Source: Flectonema sp. DT1601 (lineage: Eukaryota). From it: 64,000 nt of DNA. Below are positions 46,859 to 56,900 of the stretch, in pieces (the stretch's first letter is position 1; every line of letters begins with the position of its first letter). The notes beneath the pieces were generated by a model that was given only the letters and a program-made list of their open reading frames with translations, did not search any database and was not told the DNA's origin. The stretch is from contig OZ025787.1 in assembly GCA_964019425.1 (NCBI GenBank), positions 558,001 through 622,000 of the forward strand. The letters are read 5' to 3'. The translations under genes and the position numbers were made by a program.

Positions 46859-48559
46859 ATGGGGTTTAGCTTGATAAGGAAGAAAAAGAAAGATGTTGAC
46901 ACCGCAGACAAAGACCAGCCTGCTACTGCATCAACACCAACACCGCAACATCAACCTGAACTGGTGGAGTTTGACTTCGGAGGTCTACCTGCTAAGGTTA
47001 AGAGATATTATGTTTATAAAAATAAAGCTGAAAAGCTACACAGCGCTATGGGAATAGTTGACAAATGCGTAGCAGGCAGAGTCGACCCCAACGAACTATG
47101 GAGAAAGATAATAGCAACCAACGGAGAGCCCCCTCCTGATGACTGGCAGTTACCTGATATGTACAAACCAGAAATGTGTAGTATGAACCAAGTAGAAGCA
47201 GTTGAAAAGATAAGAGCGATGTACGCAGATGCTGGAAGGCCTCTGACGTCTGATGAAATCCAAAATGGGATGGAGGGCAGTGTTATGATAAAGTTTTTTT
47301 CATACGAAGCAGAAGTAAATAAATGGAAACTTAAACTTGATGAGATTCAGAGATCAGCTCCAGCTCAATCACAATCACAATCACAGGGATCTGGAACACC
47401 ACCGTTGGGGATGTCAGCTGCAAGTCCCACGAGGGGATCATTCACACCTGAGTCGAGAGCAGTAAGACCTAGACGAGTAACACCACCTCCTCTACGTCTT
47501 AGTGATATGGCTCGTGATGCAAGTGTTGCATCTGTTTCTAATGCAAAGACTCCACGTAGTACAAGAGGTTCAATGATTGGTGCTACTCCACTCTCTCGAA
47601 GTTTTTCAGATGCAACAGTTAAAGACAGACTCTCTCACTCCCATTCACCGCATTCTTTAATGCCTTCAATTGATAACGAGTCTCGACTAAAGCTACGCGA
47701 CCAAGTAAAGAAAGCTGAATTACAACGACAAGGTCTGCAACAACAAAATAAACAGCAATTTCAACTATCTGAAGAAGCGGCTACTCAAAGTAGAAAAGAT
47801 GAATTATCTTCACTTTATCAAGAAGTTCAGTTACTAAAGAGAACAGTTCAAGAACAAGTTGATGCTCACCAGCACCTAATTGACCTTCAAAGGGGACAGC
47901 AGGCATTCTTGAATGAATATTTAAAAAACGAAGATCGTGAAAGTGAAGAAATGACCCGCCATGCTCGTTATCTTCAACAACAATACGCTAATGTATTAGA
48001 TAGATGGCAATCATTTGGTGGAGGTCCTGGTAGATTGTCAGCTGATGGACAAAAACTGATTCCTGCGATGGCTCACACACCTGTACTTCCATCACCGAGA
48101 AGTAAAACTTTAGAAGTTTGGTTATCTAATTTAGGTCTTGAATCATACAGTGATATCTTTACTTATAATGAAATAGATTTCCAGAGTCTTGTCCTTCTAG
48201 ACGAGGATGACTTAGTTAGAATGGGTGTATCAGCACTGGGTCCTAGAAAGACTCTCATCCAGGCTATTTATCGTTTACAAAAAGACACTGATCGTCGACC
48301 AACAGTCAAAGCCGCATCTCCTATTACTGAGGGTCGTCTCAGTAAGTCATCATCTCCAAAACGCCAAGCTTCTCCTCGACGTAGTTTTAGTAAGAAAAAA
48401 CAACGATCAACTAAACAAGTGATCTCTCCATCTAATTGGGAAGTTCATGTTGACAGTCAGTCTGGAAATGTTTATTACTACAATACTGCTACTGGGGAAT
48501 CTAGATGGGAGTCTCCTGGAGCGAAGGATTTCTTATCAGAAATGACCGACATGCTCTGA
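46859..48559 (+). CDS. Coiled-coil protein with SAM and C-terminal WW domains
   Basis: SAM: WLSNLGLESYSDIFTYNEIDFQSLVLLDEDDLVRMGVSALGPRKTL. WW: NWEVHVDSQSGNVYYYNTATGESRWESP. Confidence 0.88.
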   Translation: MGFSLIRKKKKDVDTADKDQPATASTPTPQHQPELVEFDFGGLPAKVKRYYVYKNKAEKLHSAMGIVDKCVAGRVDPNELWRKIIATNGEPPPDDWQLPDMYKPEMCSMNQVEAVEKIRAMYADAGRPLTSDEIQNGMEGSVMIKFFSYEAEVNKWKLKLDEIQRSAPAQSQSQSQGSGTPPLGMSAASPTRGSFTPESRAVRPRRVTPPPLRLSDMARDASVASVSNAKTPRSTRGSMIGATPLSRSFSDATVKDRLSHSHSPHSLMPSIDNESRLKLRDQVKKAELQRQGLQQQNKQQFQLSEEAATQSRKDELSSLYQEVQLLKRTVQEQVDAHQHLIDLQRGQQAFLNEYLKNEDRESEEMTRHARYLQQQYANVLDRWQSFGGGPGRLSADGQKLIPAMAHTPVLPSPRSKTLEVWLSNLGLESYSDIFTYNEIDFQSLVLLDEDDLVRMGVSALGPRKTLIQAIYRLQKDTDRRPTVKAASPITEGRLSKSSSPKRQASPRRSFSKKKQRSTKQVISPSNWEVHVDSQSGNVYYYNTATGESRWESPGAKDFLSEMTDML

Positions 48560-48885
48560 GTTAATCAAGCCAATGTATTGAGTCTAGGTAGTATAGTGAT
48601 GGCTGTTATCACTAGTTGGTAATGTATATTACAATATTGCTACTCTGAAGTCGGTTAGTGAGTCTTCATCTTTTGTTATTAATGGAAGAAAACATTCATC
48701 GCCTCTTCCGCCCCCCTTTTTTTGTAATTTGTTTCAGGTTAGGTATTTAGACTATAAAATAGGTAAATGAAATTTTTTGCTGTTGCTTTTCTTCGTGCTC
48801 GATGTTCGAAGCATGTGGTTCCCCTCACACGTTTTTTGTGTTCATAAAGGGGTGACGTGCAAGAAGGAAAAAAGTATCTTTTTTC

Positions 48886-49025
48886 TTTGTGCCTACAAAC
48901 CCATTGTTCGGTAGAAAGAAGATTGCAGCAGTGTGACTTACCTGTTTTTCTTTATTATGATTTTGTATCGGTTGCGCACAAACAAAAGTGTGAGTGATAA
49001 AGCAAAAAGTGAAATTGATTATTTT
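48886..49025 (+). repeat. Dispersed ~140-bp repeat, copy 2 (copy 1 at ~16484-16625)
   Basis: Collinear blocks identical or near-identical to the 16.5 kb copy. Confidence 0.8.
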
Positions 49026-49663
49026 TTTCCTCCAATCCCTCTTATTAGAAGTTACTTTAAGTTTGGTGTGTTGCAATTCTTTTTAACTCACAGAAGGTTG
49101 ATTATTATTAAAAAAAAGTGTTATTATCACTTCACTAAGAATACAATCATGAAAGGACCTGCTGAACCTCTCTATTCAAAGTTTACGTTAAGTTGGTACT
49201 TTACGACTCTCACTTCAAGGATTTCCCTTTGACACTCAACGTTGTGTCACTCTATTGGTTTAAGTGACTCTGTTTTGACTTACCAAAACACGAAGAAGTC
49301 TTCCTCGCTAGAGACAGATTTTTACACTTCTGGTTTTGTTTTCTTTTTCTATTTATATTCGTTTTAGTCGCCAAACGCGTGGACGACACTTAAACTTGTA
49401 TTCCCTATTCTGTTCAACAGTTACTTTTGTGAGTTCTGTTTATGAAATTCTATTAAACTCACTTTGTTCTGAATATGGAAGAGGCAACAATAGTTGTTTT
49501 ATTTTTTTAGTTATAGTTCCCTTGCTTTTTGTTGCCTTTTCCCCCCCTTCCTCACATCCTCGTTGTATCCCTTTTTTGCTTATATTAGTAATCTGTATAG
49601 TCTTAAAAGAGATATGGTCATTAGTTTTTATATAATTAATCTCATAGCATAGCCAACGCGAAT

Positions 49664-51055
49664 ATGACAGCTGCGTTGGATATGTGCAGACAAGAAGAAA
49701 AGATTCTCAGTCATCTTAGAGGAAGTAATGGTGCTGTTCCTGAAGACTTATTCAACAGGTACGTGTCAGGTATCGAAGAGCAAATTGCGAGAAGTCGGAG
49801 ATTTCGAGAGACATATGGATCACAGCAGAGAGAACGATCAACAGCAACTAGCAGTTTTGAAAATAATTATGCCATCAGACTAAAGAAACTATATCAAACA
49901 TACGCTCCAGAGAAAGTAACCAGCATACCAGTAATGTTAGAAACCTTCTCTGGAAGGGAAAAATATCTAATCGATAGACTTGTTAATCAATATGGTCCAG
50001 AACCTGAAGATGATGAAGTGTGCTCTCCTATTAGATACCGACAACCAGTTACAGACAACACTGCTAACCGTGACTGCTATGGGTTTGTTACTGATGACGT
50101 CATTCACAATAAAGTAACTCTACATTATACCGACACTGAAAATAATGATAACAGACGTAAACAACAGTGGCCAACTCTTCTATGTGACAAAAATTATAAA
50201 CATCATTACACAACTACTCTCAACCAGTTCAATTCCCTATCAGGACAGCCTCACTCTTCAACTACCGCCATAAACAAAGACATTCAACGAACATTTCCTG
50301 ATTGTATTCATTATGAAAAAGATGGTTCTGGTGTTGCTGATTTAGTGAAGTGTCTTAATTTGGTTTCAATTAGTATTGAAGATGGATATTGTCAAGGAAT
50401 GAATTTTATAACTGGTCTTTTATTGTTGTTATTAGACGTTGAGGAAACGTTTGCTGCCGTTCACGCCATAGCAACAAACGAAAGATATAATTTAGGTTAT
50501 TATAGTGTAAAAATGGCTAACTGTACGCTTGATCAAAAGGTTTTGACTAATCTTGTTCAGAAGAAGTTTCCTGAGGTGATGTCTAGATTAGAATGTCTCT
50601 GTGTAAGCTTATCAGATTTATTTATAAAATGGTTTCTTACAATTTTCATCGATTGCTTTCCATTACAAACTGTACTCCGATTGTGGGATGTTTACTTTGA
50701 AGTTGGATTGCCGTTTATCTTTTCATTCATTCTTTCATTCGTTGATGAACACCAATCAGACTTAATAGCCGCTGAGGATCTCAGTTCTGTTATTATTCTT
50801 GTGAGAGAGAGGGCATTGGAGTTAGTTGACGTTGAACTTCTTATAAATAAAGCAAAATCGACTCACAGTCTATCTCTGTCTGATTTAAAGTCACTTCGTC
50901 AAGACTCTCTCGCACAGCAACAGCAAGAAGAAGCAGAGATTGCTCAGCGACGGGAAGCTCTTCGGAAGAAGAGGGAGGCTGCTGCGACAGTGAAACCAGT
51001 AGCATCTCCTGGTAGCAAATTGAAAGGGTTCTTAAAATTTAATAAGAAAAAATAA
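49664..51055 (+). CDS. TBC-domain Rab GTPase-activating protein
   Basis: Arg finger INKDIQRTFP; Gln finger GYCQGMNFI; KWFLTIF and LRLWDVYF. N-terminal RLxxLYxxYAPEK...GRE..L...LVxxYGPEP module. Confidence 0.92.
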   Translation: MTAALDMCRQEEKILSHLRGSNGAVPEDLFNRYVSGIEEQIARSRRFRETYGSQQRERSTATSSFENNYAIRLKKLYQTYAPEKVTSIPVMLETFSGREKYLIDRLVNQYGPEPEDDEVCSPIRYRQPVTDNTANRDCYGFVTDDVIHNKVTLHYTDTENNDNRRKQQWPTLLCDKNYKHHYTTTLNQFNSLSGQPHSSTTAINKDIQRTFPDCIHYEKDGSGVADLVKCLNLVSISIEDGYCQGMNFITGLLLLLLDVEETFAAVHAIATNERYNLGYYSVKMANCTLDQKVLTNLVQKKFPEVMSRLECLCVSLSDLFIKWFLTIFIDCFPLQTVLRLWDVYFEVGLPFIFSFILSFVDEHQSDLIAAEDLSSVIILVRERALELVDVELLINKAKSTHSLSLSDLKSLRQDSLAQQQQEEAEIAQRREALRKKREAAATVKPVASPGSKLKGFLKFNKKK

Positions 51056-51529
51056 GATTTCTTTTGATAAGCTCCGCTTACTCAACTTTACTGACTCGAT
51101 AGCTGACAATGCTTAACCCTTTCCATATATATATTGATATCTTTCAAGGATGGTATCTTTCTGTATTTAATAACCTACTTCATTACCCCACCCTCTGATA
51201 AGTAATCAGTTAAGGGAGAAGAAGGAAACTTTATAAAATTATTCAGCTTATTTGTATTATACGTTTGTTGTTCTATTTTCGTTAGTCAGATGGATTCTGT
51301 GAGTCTGTTAACGTCAAGAACAACTCTTGATCTTAGAACGACACGTGCTCGTGTTATATAATCGATTCTTTTTGCAGTATTGGTTGGAATTTTTTGTAGC
51401 CGAAAATAATTAATCTTCTTCATTGAAATTCTTTTCGCTGTGATAATCTAATGTATTCGATTCGATTTCTTGTAATTTATATATGTGAGATGAACAACTT
51501 TATCATCATCACTTCATCAGACACATAAT

Positions 51530-52246
51530 ATGATGCGTAACATACGGTGTATTACCTTAGACGTTCTGGGTACATTGATAGACGTATCTGAGACCGTTTC
51601 ACAAACTTATTCCGAAGGTGCGAAATGGGCAGGAATTGAGGTAGACGGCAATCGATTAGAAGCGGAGTTCGCAACAGCATTCAGAAAACATATGAATTTA
51701 TATCCTGGATTTGAGGGAGGTGCGAAGGATTGGTGGAGACGAACTGTAAGAGAAACTTTTCAAAATGGTGGTGTCGTAGTAGACAATGAAGAATTTGAAA
51801 TAATATACAGAAGGATATATCAGCGATATGCTATGAAAGATGCTTATTTTGTTCACAATGATGTATTCACATTTATTGATTGGTGTACGTCGAAGGGAAT
51901 CCCATTGGGAATTGTAAGTAACTGTTCCAGTCGAGTTCCAGATGACACTTTACCCCAGACTGGCTTATCTGAGTATTTTCGCTTTTTTACGGTTGCTGGT
52001 GAAGTCGGAGTCAATAAGCCTGATCCTAAAATTTACCACTCAGCATTCTTATCTGCTACTCGTTGGGTTCCTGGATGCAAACCTGAAAATATTCTCCACA
52101 TCGGAGACAACATAAAGACGGATTTTGATGGAGCGCAGGCTTACGGATTTAACGCTTTGTATCTTGATAGGTCTGAAAACTTTAAATCTGATAATAAATA
52201 TCATATTAACTCTTTGATGGATGCTATTCCTTTAATTGAGGTTTAG
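51530..52246 (+). CDS. HAD-superfamily hydrolase, HDHD3/REG-2-like
   Basis: Motif I ITLDVLGTL, motif II GIVSN, motif III KPDPKIY, motif IV HIGDNIKTDFDGA. Confidence 0.9.
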   Translation: MMRNIRCITLDVLGTLIDVSETVSQTYSEGAKWAGIEVDGNRLEAEFATAFRKHMNLYPGFEGGAKDWWRRTVRETFQNGGVVVDNEEFEIIYRRIYQRYAMKDAYFVHNDVFTFIDWCTSKGIPLGIVSNCSSRVPDDTLPQTGLSEYFRFFTVAGEVGVNKPDPKIYHSAFLSATRWVPGCKPENILHIGDNIKTDFDGAQAYGFNALYLDRSENFKSDNKYHINSLMDAIPLIEV

Positions 52247-52371
52247 ACTTCTTAAGTTTCGTAGATGACTTGTTTTCTAACTCTAACTTGTTGGGATGAT
52301 AGTTTTAATGATTTGTAACATTCTTGAGTCATCTCATCTTTTACCATAACAGATCCTCACATATAAAAAAA

Positions 52372-53565
52372 ATGGCAGCGAGAGGAGCCCGCAGGGGGTT
52401 TGCAGCACTGGTAGGTACCTACACTGGGTGTGGAGTATTAGAGGGGTTTGCTGATGTTCAAAAACATGACAGGGTTTCTTACAGTACTGGTTACTCATCT
52501 ATGGATGACTACCCAGACCTTACTGGATGCCACAGTTATGCTGCAAGAGTGCTTTCTCCACAGGTGTGGCAAGTCTGTTGGAAAATGACATCATCCGGAG
52601 GTCAGAGTTTCAAAGATTTGATACAACCAGCTGTTGACTGTCCCAGCAATCCAAACTCTCCTTCAATTGGATGTTATATGGGTGATGAACAGGGGTATAT
52701 AACTTTCGCTAATTTCATTCACGAGGTAATAAAAATCAGACACCCTGGCTGGGATACCAACAATAGAGCAACTGTTTCCCTTCAACCTGAACTATTGAAA
52801 ATCGATCCTTTACCTGATGACTATGTCGTCGCGTGTAGAATTCGAGGATGTAGAAACTTCTGTGGATATAGATTTGCTCCAACCATTAGAAGAGGTGAAA
52901 GAAGAGAAGTTGAAACTTTAGTAAAGTTAATATGTCAGAATATCCCTGGGGTATTTAGAGGACAATATCAATCAGTTGATAACATGAATCCAATGGAACG
53001 GGAAGACCTTCAGTCAGCTGGACTTTTATTTTCAAAACCACAATCACCAGAACTCATATCATCAGGATTCTCAAGAGACTGGCCTGACGGTCGAGGGCTG
53101 TACAAAAGTGCTGATCAAGAACTTATGTTTTGGGTAAATGAAAGCGACCATTTAAAAATTATCAGTCAAATCAGAGGCGGAGACATGAAACGATGCTTCA
53201 ACAAGTACGCTGTCGCGTGTACCAATATAGAATATCAGTCTCGTAGAAATGGAAAATTCTTTAGTCATGATTCAACAATGGGGTATCTCGGTCCATCCTT
53301 AGCCAATATCGGAACTGCAATGAGAGCATCATTACAGGTGAAGTTACCACTCATCGCAAAACATCCAAAACTACCTGAATACTTAGAGAAACATAAAATA
53401 GCTTCAACTCCCCTCAACGCTCCTGGCGGCATCATTGAGCTCTCAAACAGTGAGAGACTCACAACGGAAACTCAACTAATCAATAATTTAGTTAGTTGTA
53501 CTCAACAGTTAATCGCCTTTGAAAGAGTACTCGAAGAAGGCAAGAGTATAAAATATTTAAAATAA
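52372..53565 (+). CDS. ATP:guanido phosphotransferase (phosphagen kinase) family protein with degenerate active site; possible mitochondrial presequence
   Basis: CRIRGCRN, RDWPDGRG, WVNESDHLKIIS, NIGTAMRAS; Arg/Ala-rich N-terminus MAARGARRGFAAL; ATG at 52372. Confidence 0.88.
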   Translation: MAARGARRGFAALVGTYTGCGVLEGFADVQKHDRVSYSTGYSSMDDYPDLTGCHSYAARVLSPQVWQVCWKMTSSGGQSFKDLIQPAVDCPSNPNSPSIGCYMGDEQGYITFANFIHEVIKIRHPGWDTNNRATVSLQPELLKIDPLPDDYVVACRIRGCRNFCGYRFAPTIRRGERREVETLVKLICQNIPGVFRGQYQSVDNMNPMEREDLQSAGLLFSKPQSPELISSGFSRDWPDGRGLYKSADQELMFWVNESDHLKIISQIRGGDMKRCFNKYAVACTNIEYQSRRNGKFFSHDSTMGYLGPSLANIGTAMRASLQVKLPLIAKHPKLPEYLEKHKIASTPLNAPGGIIELSNSERLTTETQLINNLVSCTQQLIAFERVLEEGKSIKYLK

Positions 53566-53952
53566 AACCTACGAAGTGACATATTAGATGCACTCTTCGG
53601 ATCAAGAAAGTTGGTGTGAACTCTGACGATCACCACGGGACCTGTTTACTGCACACAGTACTTATTCAAAAAAAAAAAAAAATAAAAAAACGAAGAATCC
53701 CACATGGTACCAAGTGTTATCCATCACATGAGTTGAGGAGCGACATTTTTTATTATTATTATTAGAAAATTGTAATTTCTCTTTGTTCTTCCTAAAGAAA
53801 CATTAAAAATGGAGGAATGAGAAAAAATCGAACAACTATTTTTATTAAAGTCCAAAAAAAAATAAAATACGCACACAATTTTTTCTCAACACTAAAAAAC
53901 AGTTTTCATAACAACAAAACCAAATGTGAATATCCAAAAACTGATGTACTGA

Positions 53953-56900
53953 ATGGCTGATAGATGCCCCGACCACGATGCAGACTCCGAAGAGGAAGTA
54001 ATTAGAAATCTCCTTGAAGCGGGAGAAGGAGAAGGTCGCAGGGTTGGAATGATGATTCGAAAATGGCAATCAGAAGGACGTCAACTCACAATAGAACAAG
54101 CAGGTGAAGGACTAGTACCAGGCATCACAGCAACCCCTCGTTGTTTAGAAAGAAGTGTTTCTCACGGTTATCAAGATGACAATAGAACAATAGAAGTTGG
54201 TTACTACAGTTTAAAAGAAGCAACGAAGAAATGTGTTGAAAACCCTTCTTGTATTGGTTTCGTTACACCCACTCCTGACAATACTAAGTCACCTGTTGAT
54301 GCTGTTCTTTGTACGTTTAAAGAGTTTGGTTCTTTGGAGATTATGTGTTCGTCTTTTACTTGTTTTTCAAAATATGATTTTGAAGGAGAATGGAGTACAA
54401 CAAACTTATTAAAGAATAAGAATAGCGGTGAGGAACATCTCGTCTTTAGAGTTCAGGCAACTCCAAGTGGACTACTTGGGATTTGTATCACAACTTCTGA
54501 AAACGGATCTCAGCCGTCCTGGTCAACTGCAGCTGTTCCTGCAATCGGAGAGAAGGTTTTTGGTATGATATTCAAACTTAGTGTTTATGATGTGTTTTTT
54601 TTTTAAAAAATATTTTTTTTTTATAATGTAATCACAGGTGTCCTTGAAGACGACAGCCTACTATTTGAGTTTCTACCAATAGGTAAGAATGATATCCTCC
54701 TCCGAAGGGAGGACGGAACCCTCAGCTCTCTATCACGCGCATACAAACCTCCACTTTCACGTTATAGCACAAGAGAATTCCGAAGAACAATGTCATTAGA
54801 AACATTCGGAAGACGGAGGCAATACGAACCATACAACACTGTTAATACTGTTCTGTTTGTCATTCATCCGAGATGTACATTTAGAGTTCAATTAGTTAAA
54901 GTAATTGATCATAGTTGGTGGGATAGAGGCGTCTTGATATTAATTATATTGAACGTCATAATCTTGGTTCTCGATGATAAGTTATTCAACGGCTATGATT
55001 GGGTTGGTGATTTAGTTTCGGTAAGTGAAATATTATTTCAGTTATTGTTTACTGTTGAAGCTGTTATAAAGATTCTTGCGTTGGGTTTTTTTCTACATCC
55101 AGGATCATATCTGAGATCGTATCCGGCACCGTTCTGGAATCGATTGGACTTTCTAATCGTTGTCGGAGGTTTCGCAGGAAACTTTACAGTTTTGAGACTT
55201 CTCCGATGCCTCAGACCATTACGAACTATGAATCGAATAGGAAAACTCCGTCGTCTAATGAACACCCTACTCGATGCTGCCCCTCACGCATTAGATATTT
55301 CTATGCTTTTCTTTCTACTTGTTTGGGTATTCTCAATCCTTGGAATCCACTTGTTCGGAGGTGACTTTCATCGAAGGTGTTACGCATCTCCAGGTTGGTA
55401 TCATGAGTTAGGTGGGAAATCATTTTTTAATGAACAGTTTTGCTCTGATATCAGAAACCTAACTGAGAATCACCCGTATGTAGGACTTCAGAATTGTGGT
55501 AGTGATGTACCTTTAGGATACGATCCATTATTAATTATTAATGACAGTCAGGCATGTGGATCAGGATGGGAATGTAGTACTTCACGAAATGGAATTACTA
55601 TTCCCCAACAGTGTTCTGTTGTGTTGCGGCAGTACGAAGAGACTGTTTACACTTTCGATACTGTTTGGAATGCTTTCTTATTAACCTTTAGACTAATGAC
55701 CCTTGATGACTGGCCGGATTCAATGGAAGTTAGTCAGAATGTTCACGGTCATCATGTCTGGGTTTTCTATTTTTTATGTACTTTTTTAGGAAATATTATT
55801 GCTGTAAATTTAACTCTCGCGGTACTATCTAAAACATACTACCAAGCGAAGAGTCTAGCAACCCGACCACGTCCAGAAGTTCCATACCTCGCGAGTAGTA
55901 CCTTAGCTGGAGCAACTCTCATCCACCCAGTAGTAATATTCTGTTTCCCCTTTTTTATTGAAGAAAGTGATATTGTTGTTTCCTCAGATAGTTCTGAGAG
56001 CTGGAGCAGCGCATTGGTCGTTCAAAAAGCTCCTGATAGCCGTCAAAAGTGGGCTCTTTATCGTCACTTGACTAGCACACCTTATGAGATATTAAGCTCT
56101 GTAGTAACGTTAATTAATATAACTGTGTTGGCTATGGATCATTATGGAATATCTGATGATTGGCTGTTGGTATTAAATTGGGTTAATAAGATGTGTGTGT
56201 ACTTCTTCTTGATTGAAGTGGTTGTAAAATTGATAGTTCTAACACCCCCACACTTCTTTTATGATGGTTATAATGTACTTGATTTCTGTTTAGTATTATT
56301 ATCAGTACCTGAGACGTGGATTGAACCAGGAACAGGCAGTAATGCATTTACTGCTTTGCGAGGCTTTCGCTTTGTTCGAATAGTGAGGTCTGCTGGTAGG
56401 CATGTTGAGGGATTACAACTTTTCCTTTTACAAGTCCAAGAAGCTTTGTCGCATGTATTCTACTTAAGCTTATTAAGTTTTCTACTCATTCTTATTTACG
56501 CTGTTGTTGGTGTTCAACTGATGTCTTGCGACGCTCCAGAAGGTCGTTGTGATTTTGAACATATCGGTTCTTCAGCACTCACTGTTTTTATTGTCGTTAC
56601 TGGTGAGACTTGGGGTGAGATTATGGAAACTGCAATTGATAGAGTTGGTATCGGAGCAATATTTTATTTTGCTACTCTGTACATACTCGGTAATTACGTG
56701 TTGTTGAATCTGTTAGTTGCTATTCTAATTGATAATTTTGGTGGTGCTGACTTTGACACGTCCGGCAACGAAATCACTAGTCCCGATGAGGAAGCGGATG
56801 AAAATGAAAGTGGGGATTCAGTGCCGGGACTCATCCCATCAACCAGATCAGTTCTTCAATTGCGGGATCATTCATCAGTCCATTCTGAGATAACGATAAC

